DNA of 64,000 nt from Deltaproteobacteria bacterium. GTDB lineage: Bacteria > Myxococcota_A > Polyangia > Polyangiales > Houyiibacteriaceae. Position 1 is the stretch's first letter, and the number at the start of each line of letters is the position of its first letter. Made by a program: the position numbers and the translations under genes. The notes below the pieces were generated by a model. That model worked only from the letters and a program-made list of their open reading frames with translations, ran no database searches and was not told the origin of the DNA. The stretch spans positions 1-64,000 of the forward strand of contig JAXMNT010000013.1 of assembly GCA_034670305.1 (NCBI GenBank), given 5' to 3'. Of the stretch, positions 9,812 through 18,807 are shown piece by piece.

Positions 9812-9901
9812 GAAGTCCGAGGCTGTCTGCGGGAATGGCGGTGTCGCCGGGAGGTGCGATGGGATCGCGCCTGTTGAATCAGAAAGGTGCCGAGTCGGCG
9901 T

Positions 9902-12010
9902 TCAGCGCTGGGCGAGATAGATGTCGAGCGCCCAGGCACTCCATCGACGCTGGCTCAGATCGGCGTACGTGACTTCGTTGAAGTCGAAGCCGGGAATGGC
10001 GATCGCGTAAACGGCCCAGGTCACGAAACCCGTCGAGATGTCGGTGATTTCCGGAATCGTGGACAAGTTCGGGATCGGTGCGGACGTCTGGCTGCCGGGG
10101 ACGAACATGCGCCAGGCCGGGTTCCCGTCGCCGCCGATCATGAGCACCAGGTGCAGATCGGGCGGTGCGCCGCCGTCGGCTTCCCAACGGAGCACGCGGT
10201 CGGAGGGCAGTCGCTCGCCGTACGCGGGGGCGGTGGCGGTCGGAATGCCGAGGAAGCCGTTCGCGAGCACTTCGGTGTCGACGTCGCGCAGTCCGCGACG
10301 GACCACGTGGGTCGACGGGTCCGCGTCGAAGTCTCCGGTCACCCAGGACGCCTCGACCCGGTAGCGCCCGTCGCTGAGCGCGCCGAGCAGAGCCGGCTGC
10401 GCGAAGAAGCGGAAGGGTCGTTCGTTGCTGCGGCTGCGGCTGACGTCGATGCGCTCGGTGGCCACGCGGCGGACGATGAGTCCCTCGCCACCAAGGTCGA
10501 TGTCGGCGCCGGCCACGAAGCGATCGGGGCCCGAACGTCCGGGGCCGGGAATCTCGTCGAGGCGCACATCGAGGAAGTGGTCGAGCGGGATGTTCATGAT
10601 GATCTCCACGCCAGTCACTTCTTCGCTTGGACCGGCGAGGATGTTGCGGGCGACGCCCATCGCGTAGGGAAGGAACTCGCCGGTCGACCGGTTCTCGAGG
10701 CCCGCCATCGCATAGATGGCGAACGCCTCGGGACGGACGAAGATCCGATACGGGTAGCCGCGGTCTCCGAGGGGTGCTTCGAGCACGCGCGGCTGACCAC
10801 CGGCCAGGCCGGGATCCGGGTTGCGGCATCCGAAGCTGTCGCCGGCGCAGCGCTGCGTCGTGTAGACGTACGCCGCGCGTTCCCAACCCTCGCGTGCCGG
10901 CGGGATGATCTCCCACGGGTTCGGCGCGAGCTCGTTCGGACCGAGGAACACGAGCTCCCCTGAGACGAACGCGCCGTTGCGGCCGGGCCCGGGCGGGGGC
11001 GGGTCGCCGGGATCGCCGCACATCGGGTCCATCCACGGCACCAGGAAGATGGTCACGTCGCGGGCGTCGAAGGCCACGAACGAGGTCTTCTCGTAGCAGT
11101 GTTTGGCGGCGTGCACGGTCTCCGGCGGCGCGACGTCCGGACCACTGAACGTGATCTGGCCCATCAGGTTCGTGAGCCCCTGGTGCTCCGTCGTCAGGTC
11201 TTCGCCGAGAAGGACGAACGCGCCGTCCACGGGCGCGCCGGTCGTGGCGTCGATGACGTTGATGTTGAGGGTGCCCTCGATGGGGCCACCGCCGAGTCCG
11301 CCGTTGAAGGGGTCGCTCGACTCGTAGTACTCGAAGCCGTCTTCGACGGTCGTCGCGCTGTCGTCCGCTGCTCGAACCAGCGTCACGTCCACCGAGCCCA
11401 CCACCGCGGCGGGGGTGCGACAGGTCATGCGGGTTCCGCTCACCACGACCACGTCGGTGCAGGGGCGCACGCCGAACATGACGGTGTCTCCGTCGGCGAA
11501 GGGTTCGCCCACACCGAGGATGTTCACGAAGGTTCCGCCGGACGTCGCGCCGCGGTTCGGCTCCACGTAGAACGTGTCGTAGAGGTAGCCGTCCTCGAGC
11601 GTGGCTTCGACGTCGCCCACCTGGACCGTCACATCCGCGCGGCCGGGTTCACCGGGCGGCAGGACGATCGCGATCCGGTTGTTGTCGAGGCGGCGGGTGT
11701 CCGCCGGCTGAACCAAACGTCCGCCGACCGAGACCACCGAGGCGTCGGTGAAGCCGCCGCCGCGCACGATGGCGCTGTTGCCGCCCACGAACGGACCGTG
11801 GCCAGGCACGACGCGCGTGACCACGAGGTCGCCGGACGAGATGCCCGAGTCTGGGAAATCGATCCCGGTGTCTTCGCGCGGGCCCGAGTCCACTTCGCCG
11901 CTCGGCGCAGGCGGAGGGGTCAACGCACTGAAGTCGCAGGCGACCATACAGAGCAGGGCCAAGGTGCCGAGTCGGTTGGTGACTGGGCTGGTACGGAATC
12001 GAGAAGTCAT
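9902..12010 (-). CDS. IPT/TIG-domain surface lipoprotein
   Basis: Lipobox-like MVAC, two IPT/TIG repeats (P.HGP..GG...V.G.GF; P.RG..SGGT.V.I.G), then a carboxypeptidase-regulatory-like beta domain. Start re-called at ATG 12010. Confidence 0.78.
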   Translation of the reverse strand: MTSRFRTSPVTNRLGTLALLCMVACDFSALTPPPAPSGEVDSGPREDTGIDFPDSGISSGDLVVTRVVPGHGPFVGGNSAIVRGGGFTDASVVSVGGRLVQPADTRRLDNNRIAIVLPPGEPGRADVTVQVGDVEATLEDGYLYDTFYVEPNRGATSGGTFVNILGVGEPFADGDTVMFGVRPCTDVVVVSGTRMTCRTPAAVVGSVDVTLVRAADDSATTVEDGFEYYESSDPFNGGLGGGPIEGTLNINVIDATTGAPVDGAFVLLGEDLTTEHQGLTNLMGQITFSGPDVAPPETVHAAKHCYEKTSFVAFDARDVTIFLVPWMDPMCGDPGDPPPPGPGRNGAFVSGELVFLGPNELAPNPWEIIPPAREGWERAAYVYTTQRCAGDSFGCRNPDPGLAGGQPRVLEAPLGDRGYPYRIFVRPEAFAIYAMAGLENRSTGEFLPYAMGVARNILAGPSEEVTGVEIIMNIPLDHFLDVRLDEIPGPGRSGPDRFVAGADIDLGGEGLIVRRVATERIDVSRSRSNERPFRFFAQPALLGALSDGRYRVEASWVTGDFDADPSTHVVRRGLRDVDTEVLANGFLGIPTATAPAYGERLPSDRVLRWEADGGAPPDLHLVLMIGGDGNPAWRMFVPGSQTSAPIPNLSTIPEITDISTGFVTWAVYAIAIPGFDFNEVTYADLSQRRWSAWALDIYLAQR

Positions 12011-12183
12011 GGAGCCCCTGGGTGAGAGCCGTCCGCTGCGGAACAAAAACGCAAGAAAACCGGACGGAACCCGACAGGGTGAAGTATCGGTGGCCACCGT
12101 GGGAAGTCAAGCGGCCGCGCCCTGCAAACGCCCGCATCGGGTGGGGGATTACGCATTTCCCGGGAGGGAACTAGACTCGGTCG

Positions 12184-13227
12184 ATGTTGTTCCGCCAGCT
12201 CTTCGATGCCGAGTCCGCCACCTACACCTACCTGCTGGCCGACCGGGAACGCAGCCAGGCGGTGCTGATCGACCCGGTGTTCGAGCAGCATCGACGGGAT
12301 TTGGCGCTGCTGCGGGAGCTGGACCTGGAGCTCACCCACACCCTCGACACCCACCTGCACGCCGACCACGTGACTGGGGCCTGGCTGATGAAGGAGGCGA
12401 CCGGCAGCAAGATCGTGCTCTCCGCACGCTGCGGCGCGACCGGGGTCGATGTGCCCATCGATCACGGACACCGGGTCGCGTTTGGCGATCTGGTGCTCGA
12501 AGCGCGGGCCACCCCCGGGCACACCAACGGCTGCATCAGCTTCGTCATCGACGATCGGGTCTTCACCGGAGACGCCCTCCTCATCCGGGGCGCCGGCCGG
12601 ACCGACTTCCAGGCCGGGGACGCCCGGACCCTGTTCCGCTCCATCCAGGAACAGGTCTTCACGCTGCCACCGGAGACCTTGATCTACCCAGCCCACGACT
12701 ACGCCGGGCGAACCGTGAGCAGCGTGGCCGAAGAGGCGACCCACAACCCGAGGGTCGGCGGCCAGGCCAGCGAAGACGACTTCCTGGGGTACATGACCAA
12801 CCTCGGACTCTCCCACCCGAAGAAGATCGACGCGGCCCTCCCCGCCAACGCGCAGTGCGGCAAACCCGACGAGCCGCTGCCCGTCCTCGCCGATTGGGGC
12901 CCGGTCTACTCGACCTACGCCGGTGTCCTCGAGCTCGACGCGCGCTGGGTCTCGGAACACCGCAGCGAAGTCGCGTTGCTCGACGTCCGCCGAACCGAAG
13001 AGCTGACCGGCGACCTCGGCGCACTCGACGGCATCGTGCACATCCCACTCGACGACCTCCGGGACCGCCTCGCCGAAGTCCCCCGCGACCGCCCTGTCGT
13101 CACCCTCTGCCGCTCCGGCCGACGCTCCGCCATGGCGACCCAGATCCTGCGCGCCGACGGCATCGAGGGCGTGAACCTGGCCGGTGGCATGCTCCGCTGG
13201 CGCGACCTCTCCCTCACCGCGACCTGA
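12184..13227 (+). CDS. persulfide dioxygenase (ETHE1-like MBL fold) fused to rhodanese
   Basis: THLHADHVTG, TPGHT, GRTDFQ, YPAHDY, PAN..CG; C-terminal rhodanese LDVR...CRSGRRS...LAGGM..W. Confidence 0.92.
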   Translation: MLFRQLFDAESATYTYLLADRERSQAVLIDPVFEQHRRDLALLRELDLELTHTLDTHLHADHVTGAWLMKEATGSKIVLSARCGATGVDVPIDHGHRVAFGDLVLEARATPGHTNGCISFVIDDRVFTGDALLIRGAGRTDFQAGDARTLFRSIQEQVFTLPPETLIYPAHDYAGRTVSSVAEEATHNPRVGGQASEDDFLGYMTNLGLSHPKKIDAALPANAQCGKPDEPLPVLADWGPVYSTYAGVLELDARWVSEHRSEVALLDVRRTEELTGDLGALDGIVHIPLDDLRDRLAEVPRDRPVVTLCRSGRRSAMATQILRADGIEGVNLAGGMLRWRDLSLTAT

Positions 13228-13339
13228 CGGTTCGGCCGCGTTCTGCGATGGAACCTTGGTGGAGGCCGCGTACTTCGCTCGCTGCCCTCCGTTGATCTGC
13301 CACGACCGTTTTCGAAGTTGGTCTGGCTCCGGGTCGTGC

Positions 13340-14425
13340 TCAGAGCGCTTCGATGAACGCGCGGAGCAGCATCCGACCCTCGTCGTCCACGACTTCGCTC
13401 CCGAGCGGCGGCATGCCGAGATCGCCGCGCAGGCCCGTGCGCACGTAGAGCTGCGATCGATCCGGTTCGCCCGCGACGAGGAGGGTCATCGTGCCGCCGA
13501 TCTCATGCAGCGCGGGCTGTCCGAGCGCGGTCTGGACGAACGGCGTCTCTGCGACCGACGCGGTGTCGAAGAGAAGCCGCGCGCGCAGCGAACGCACGCC
13601 TCCGACCGGCGACGCGTCGGCGTGACAGCAGCCGCAGTTGCCGTGGAGGTACCCGAGTCCAGCCCGCGCGACCTCGTCGCCCGGCGGCTCCGCCAACATC
13701 GCGTCCGGTGGAAACAGGTCCTCGGCCAGCATCGCGTCGAAGTCCGCCTGCGCCAGTTCGAAGGCGCTCACGCCGAGCACGAAGTCGCGGCTGCCCCGGT
13801 GACAGGTGATGCACTGGGCGGTGCTTGGCACGTCGTGGTCCGTGCCGCGCGCGTCGACCTGACCTTCCGGCGCGACGTCGGCGTCTGTCTCGTCGTCTCG
13901 CCAGACGTAGGCGACATGCGTCCACGCCTCCGGTCCGGTCTTGTGCAAGAGCCGGGTCTCCACCCGCACGCCCCCCACCCGAAACTCTTTCCAGAGTTTG
14001 GTGCCGATGGGGAAGTTCCAGTGATCGGGTACGAGGGTTCGAATCGCGGTGCCGGGCGGCAGCCAGAGAAAACGCTGCTTCTCGGCGCCGTCGCTCCAGA
14101 GCGGGTAGCGCACATCGAAGGTGCGCACGCCGTCGGACAGCGTCTCTCCGTCCGCTTCGTACAGCCCGGTCTCCGACAGCCGGGGTTCGAAGATGGGACC
14201 AGCGTCTGGATCGACCGCCACGTCGGCCAGCGGTGCGTCCGACGAAGGAGCGTCCGGTGCCGCGTCGAACTCGAACCCGGCATCCAGCACTGCGTCGCCA
14301 GCATCCAGCACTGCGTCGCCAGCATCCAGCACTGCGTCGCCAGCATCCAGCACTGCGTCGTCGTCCCCGCAGCCCATCGAGATCGCGCACCCGAGCGCAA
14401 GCAGCCTCATGCAGAGCCGCGTCAT
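13340..14425 (-). CDS. putative diheme c-type cytochrome lipoprotein
   Basis: Lipobox SMGC-GDDD, LSETGLY, PLWSDGAEKQR, FP.GT.LWKEF, ETRL, two CxxCH motifs (CITCH, CGCCH), MPPLG. Start at ATG 14425. Confidence 0.8.
   Translation of the reverse strand: MTRLCMRLLALGCAISMGCGDDDAVLDAGDAVLDAGDAVLDAGDAVLDAGFEFDAAPDAPSSDAPLADVAVDPDAGPIFEPRLSETGLYEADGETLSDGVRTFDVRYPLWSDGAEKQRFLWLPPGTAIRTLVPDHWNFPIGTKLWKEFRVGGVRVETRLLHKTGPEAWTHVAYVWRDDETDADVAPEGQVDARGTDHDVPSTAQCITCHRGSRDFVLGVSAFELAQADFDAMLAEDLFPPDAMLAEPPGDEVARAGLGYLHGNCGCCHADASPVGGVRSLRARLLFDTASVAETPFVQTALGQPALHEIGGTMTLLVAGEPDRSQLYVRTGLRGDLGMPPLGSEVVDDEGRMLLRAFIEAL
14280..14360. repeat. 21-bp in-frame tandem repeat encoding DAVLDAG, about 4 copies
   Basis: gcatccagcactgcgtcgcca at 14280, 14301, 14322 and a partial copy at 14343. 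Confidence 0.95.
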
Positions 14426-14841
14426 CGCTCTACGCGCTCCACGCGCACCGTCAGCGAAGCGGTGCCTTCGGCCGACTCGCATCGATCCTCAGCATCGCAC
14501 TCGAAACTTCGCACCCGCGCCCGCACCACCCCGTGTCCAGCGGCGCGCGCAGCCACCGGCACTTCGAACCGGAGTGGGCTCGCCTCGGGATCCACCGCGT
14601 CCGAGCGAAGCAAGCGCCCGCGGACGACTTCGACGGTCGCCCCGTCCGATTCGGGCGTCACGAGCACCGGCATGCCCGGAGGCACATCCGCCACCAGCAC
14701 GAGGCGCGCCCGATCCCCCACCTGCAAGAGCGGCGGGGCTTCGAACCGCGCGACGATGGTGTCCGCCGCCGCGATCCCCGCGAACGCCGCGATGGCCGCG
14801 AACGCGAGTGCCTTCAGTCGGCGTACGGGACGACTTCGCAT
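14422..14841 (-). CDS. small secreted beta-sandwich hypothetical protein
   Basis: Signal peptide (MRSRPVRRLKALAFAAIAAFAGIAAA), Cys pair C-x5-C near the C-terminus; overlaps both neighbours. Confidence 0.65.
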   Translation of the reverse strand: MRSRPVRRLKALAFAAIAAFAGIAAADTIVARFEAPPLLQVGDRARLVLVADVPPGMPVLVTPESDGATVEVVRGRLLRSDAVDPEASPLRFEVPVAARAAGHGVVRARVRSFECDAEDRCESAEGTASLTVRVERVER

Positions 14842-15917
14842 GGTTGCCTCATACCGTACCAGCGCATGAGGCGCGTTCTCGGTCGGCCGTCGTCGTCGTA
14901 CTCGATCACCGCGTAGGTGAGCCCGCTGTCCTGACCGAGGTACTGCAGGTCGAGGTTGATCATCTTGACCCAAGTGCCGGTGTTCACGAGGGTCTTGCCG
15001 TTCGGGAGCTGGATGTAGCGCGGCCCGTGGCTGTGCCCGACGATGAGGGTGTGGGCGCCGCGCATGCGGTTGAGTTCCCGCATCGCGTTCTCGTCGTAGC
15101 CGCCGGTCAGCGTGAGGATCTCTTGTTTGACCAAGCGCGGGATGGTGCGCAGGCGCTCCCGCCACGCGCTGATCTTGAAGATGCGGTGCTTCAAGAAGTT
15201 GCCCGACGAGTACCAGAAGAACCGGATCACGAAGCCCGGGTCGAGAAAGGTGGACCACCACATGAAACGGCCGAGCGGCTGGATGCGGTCGATGTGGCTC
15301 CGGAAGTACTTGAGCGGGTTGAGCACTTCGAGGATCCACAGGCTGCCCCACGGCAACCACAAGATCTCGCGCCCATCGGCGAGCTTGCGCGTCATCTTGC
15401 GGTAGTCGACGCGGTGGATGCGTTCGAGCTGGTGCCCGTGTTTCACCTGGATGCCGTCCGGCAGATAGTAGGTGTCGCTGCTCGTCACGAACGCGACCCG
15501 CTCGCCCGAATCCGGCGCGATGTACCGGCGGAGCAGGTCCTGCGGGCCCTTGAACCACATGTCCAGATCGTGGTTGCCCGGCAGGTACGTGATCCGGTTG
15601 CGCGGGTCCGACATGAACGTCTTGAGCGCGCGAACGAAGGTCGGGTGTCCGTCCAGACAGCGGCGGAGTTTCTCCGTCGCGACCTCGTCGGTGATCTCGA
15701 TCGGCCACTTGTCGGCGATCTTCACCTTGAGCAGGTCGAAGATGTCGCCGTTGAGGATGAGCTCGATCCCCGCGTCGTCCCCCGCCCGTTCGGCGTAGTG
15801 CTCGAGCAACTCCGCGAACCGGTCGTCGTGGAAGAAGTCTTCCATGAGGTTCATCTCGCCGGGCGGACTCCCGCTGCCGAGATGAAGGTCACTGAGGACG
15901 AGGCGGAGAAGCTTCAC
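14814..15917 (-). CDS. calcineurin-like metallophosphoesterase
   Basis: SDLHLG, NGDIFD, GNHD, HGH, GHSH, NTGTW. Confidence 0.9.
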   Translation of the reverse strand: MKLLRLVLSDLHLGSGSPPGEMNLMEDFFHDDRFAELLEHYAERAGDDAGIELILNGDIFDLLKVKIADKWPIEITDEVATEKLRRCLDGHPTFVRALKTFMSDPRNRITYLPGNHDLDMWFKGPQDLLRRYIAPDSGERVAFVTSSDTYYLPDGIQVKHGHQLERIHRVDYRKMTRKLADGREILWLPWGSLWILEVLNPLKYFRSHIDRIQPLGRFMWWSTFLDPGFVIRFFWYSSGNFLKHRIFKISAWRERLRTIPRLVKQEILTLTGGYDENAMRELNRMRGAHTLIVGHSHGPRYIQLPNGKTLVNTGTWVKMINLDLQYLGQDSGLTYAVIEYDDDGRPRTRLMRWYGMRQPCEVVPYAD

Positions 15918-16073
15918 GGTGATTTACAGAGTTCGGGCAAACCGATGGGATGGAAGACGGACGCGTCCCCCACCCCACGATATGGCATGCGACCCCACCG
16001 CCACCAACCTGTTCGTCGTCGACTGCGGATCCCGACCAGGGACTTTGGCACCACCTGCTAGCATCCCGCTCCG

Positions 16074-17015
16074 ATGGACCGCCTCACCTTTCCGTCGCCG
16101 AGTGGGCCGCTTGCCGGCTACCTCTGGCCCAAACAAGACCCGAGAGCCGTGCTCCAGATCGTGCACGGCATGGCGGAGCACGCGGCGCGCTATGGCTACG
16201 TCGCGAAGGCATTCGTCGAGCGCGGTTTCGCCGTCGTCGCCCACGACCACCGCGGACACGGAGAGACCGCGGAACCAGCCGCCAAGGGCGCACAGCGCGA
16301 CTTCGAGGGCGCTTTGCTCGGCCACATGGGCGACGACGACTCGTGGACCCGGGCGGTCGAAGACGTGCACTTCGTACGCCGCCAGATCGGCGAACGGTTT
16401 CCAAAGGTGCCCGTGGTCCAGCTGGCCCACTCGATGGGCTCGTTCATGGCCCAGCAGCAGCTCTACCAATACCCCGGCGACTACGCGGCGGTCGCGCTCA
16501 GCGGGAGCAATGGCAAGCCGCCGGCCATCGCGGCGCTGGGGCGCGGGGTGACCCGCATCGAACGCATGCGTCTCGGCAAGCGCAAACCGAGCGCGCTCCT
16601 GCAGAAGCTCTCGTTCGGCGACTTCAACAAGGGGTTCGAAGGGCGGACGGACTTCGACTGGCTCTCGCGCGAGCCGGGCCAAGTGGACGCCTACGTCGCG
16701 GATCCGCACTGCGGGTTCGCGCTGACCGTCCAGAGCTGGGTCGACATGTTGGACGCGCTCGGCGAGCTGACCAAACCACGAAACTTGGCGTCGATGCGAA
16801 TGGACCTCCCGATCTACCTGCTCGCTGGCTCCGACGATCCGGTTGGCGAGCGCGGCAAAGGCGTCGAACGCCTGCGGGATGCGTACCGGGGCGCCGGCGT
16901 GACAAACGTCACACTCAAGCTCTGGGATGGCGGACGACACGAGATCCTGAACGAGACCAACCGGGACCAGGTCATCAACGAACTGCTGTCGTTCTACGAA
17001 ACCGCGCTCGCGTAG
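16074..17015 (+). CDS. alpha/beta hydrolase, lysophospholipase/monoacylglycerol lipase-like
   Basis: HGMAEH, DHRGHG, AHSMG nucleophile elbow, G..DPV, RHEILNE. Confidence 0.92.
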   Translation: MDRLTFPSPSGPLAGYLWPKQDPRAVLQIVHGMAEHAARYGYVAKAFVERGFAVVAHDHRGHGETAEPAAKGAQRDFEGALLGHMGDDDSWTRAVEDVHFVRRQIGERFPKVPVVQLAHSMGSFMAQQQLYQYPGDYAAVALSGSNGKPPAIAALGRGVTRIERMRLGKRKPSALLQKLSFGDFNKGFEGRTDFDWLSREPGQVDAYVADPHCGFALTVQSWVDMLDALGELTKPRNLASMRMDLPIYLLAGSDDPVGERGKGVERLRDAYRGAGVTNVTLKLWDGGRHEILNETNRDQVINELLSFYETALA

Positions 17016-17055
17016 GTCCGACGCCCCGGCTCCGGGGACCGGGACGGCTCGTTGC

Positions 17056-17069
17056 TGCAACGCGTTGCA
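17056..17069. promoter_or_regulatory. 14-bp perfect palindrome, possible operator
   Basis: tgcaacgcgttgca, 18 nt upstream of the ATG at 17087. Confidence 0.4.
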
Positions 17070-17086
17070 ACTGCTACACGCCGGCC

Positions 17087-18025
17087 ATGCGGATGGGGAT
17101 TTGGCGAACACTCGCCCTGGTTGGGCTCGCGCTTGCGCTGGCATGTGGCGACGACGACTCCACGGTGGACGCAGGTCCCGGAGACACAGGTGCGGAAGAC
17201 GCCGGCCCGCCGGACACCGGCCCGCCGCCGCCGAGCACGTTCCTCGGACCGTGTGTCGTGGACGAACAGTGCCCCGGTGAGGGTGCGTTCTGCCGGCGCT
17301 CGGAAGAAGGGTTCACGCTCGGCCAGTGCAGCCGCACCTGCGAGGACCGCGCGCAATGCGACGACGGGATCGTCTTCAACCACTGCTTCGATGACGAAGT
17401 GCGCGGCGGCACCAGCTGCTTCGGCCGCTGCCTGAACGCACAGGACTGTGGCCGCGAGAACTACGTCTGCCTCGGCGGTACCGGCGGCGTGTGTGTGGGC
17501 TACTGCCAGAACGACGAGCAGTGCGGTCCGAACGCCGACTGCAACGTGCACTCCGCGCGCTGCGTGCCCGTGGGCTCGGTCCCCACGGACGGAGCCACCA
17601 CTGGCGAAGCGTGCGGCAGCGACGACGAGTGCCTCAGCGGCAACTGCATTCCCGAGACCAACGGCGGCCCGACCGGATTCAACGGCGGCTACTGCATCGG
17701 CAACTGCATCCTGCCGGTCGGCTACAACACGAACACCTTCTTCTTCGAAGATGCGTACCCGACCGAGCAGTGCCCCGACGCCCACGTGTGTTACCCGAAC
17801 GGGAGCCTGGCGCGCGGCAACGCGGGCATCTGCCTCCACGTTTGTGTCGAGGACTCGGACTGCCGCGAAGACGACGGGTTCTTCTGCAGCCGGACCGTGC
17901 AGCTCTCGAGTGGCAGCAAGACGTTCGACAACGGCGTCTGCCTCCCGATCGACTGTGCGACCCGGATGTGCCCGGCTGGTCTGACCTGCCGAAGGGTCGG
18001 CGAAGACTCGGTGTGCGCTCGCTGA
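17087..18025 (+). CDS. Cys-rich lipoprotein
   Basis: MRMGIWRTLALVGLALALAC-GDDD lipobox followed by repeated C..D.(Q/E/D)C modules. Confidence 0.85.
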   Translation: MRMGIWRTLALVGLALALACGDDDSTVDAGPGDTGAEDAGPPDTGPPPPSTFLGPCVVDEQCPGEGAFCRRSEEGFTLGQCSRTCEDRAQCDDGIVFNHCFDDEVRGGTSCFGRCLNAQDCGRENYVCLGGTGGVCVGYCQNDEQCGPNADCNVHSARCVPVGSVPTDGATTGEACGSDDECLSGNCIPETNGGPTGFNGGYCIGNCILPVGYNTNTFFFEDAYPTEQCPDAHVCYPNGSLARGNAGICLHVCVEDSDCREDDGFFCSRTVQLSSGSKTFDNGVCLPIDCATRMCPAGLTCRRVGEDSVCAR

Positions 18026-18162
18026 CAGTCTGTCCGGCGTCGCAGGGCGCCGGCGGGTCAGCCGTGGTATGAACGTGAAGGTGTTTGGTTGCGGCTGTGT
18101 GGGGCCCCAGCTCGAGTGACAAAACTTTTCCCCGGATTGCTCGGGGTGTGGTGGTGAAGACG

Positions 18163-18807
18163 ATGAACCGATCGATGTTGGTGTGTGTGTTGGCCCTGAC
18201 GCTTGGCGTCTTTGGCTGTGATGAAGACCCCGTCGTGGGCACGGACGCTGGTCCGGGCGACGACGCAGGCGGCGGCGAAGACGCGGGCGGCGGCGAAGAC
18301 GCGGGCGAAGAGCTGCTCTGCGGCTACCCCTCCGGTCCGTACGGCACCTCGACCGGTCGACTCTTCGAACCGTTCACGCTCCAGGCGTGTGACGGCAGCG
18401 ACTACGAGTTCCTCAACGAGGAGTTCTGCAGCCCCGACCACAGGCTGACGATCATCAGCATCGCGGCCGAGTGGTGCAACCCATGCCGCGTCGAGTCCGC
18501 GCAGTTCGAAGAGCAGATCAACCAGCGCTACGCCGGCCAGGGCGTGCGCCTCATTCAGATCATGACCCAGAACATCGACTTCGGTGAGCCGACGCTCGAA
18601 CTCTGCAACCGCTGGGTCCGCATGTACGGGCTGACCAACGTCGAGGTCATCGACCCGGCGCAGATCACGAACATCTACTTCCCGGACAACTCGCTCCCGT
18701 CGACCATCATCGTGGACGAGACCGGCACGATCCGCTTCCGTGAGAACGGCGCGACCGACGGGCTGATCTCGCTCCGCGCGAAGATCGAAGAGCTCCTGGC
18801 AGAGTGA
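18163..18807 (+). CDS. TlpA/redoxin-family thioredoxin-fold lipoprotein
   Basis: Lipobox VFGC, WCNPC active site, cis-Pro motif LPSTIIVD. Confidence 0.88.
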   Translation: MNRSMLVCVLALTLGVFGCDEDPVVGTDAGPGDDAGGGEDAGGGEDAGEELLCGYPSGPYGTSTGRLFEPFTLQACDGSDYEFLNEEFCSPDHRLTIISIAAEWCNPCRVESAQFEEQINQRYAGQGVRLIQIMTQNIDFGEPTLELCNRWVRMYGLTNVEVIDPAQITNIYFPDNSLPSTIIVDETGTIRFRENGATDGLISLRAKIEELLAE

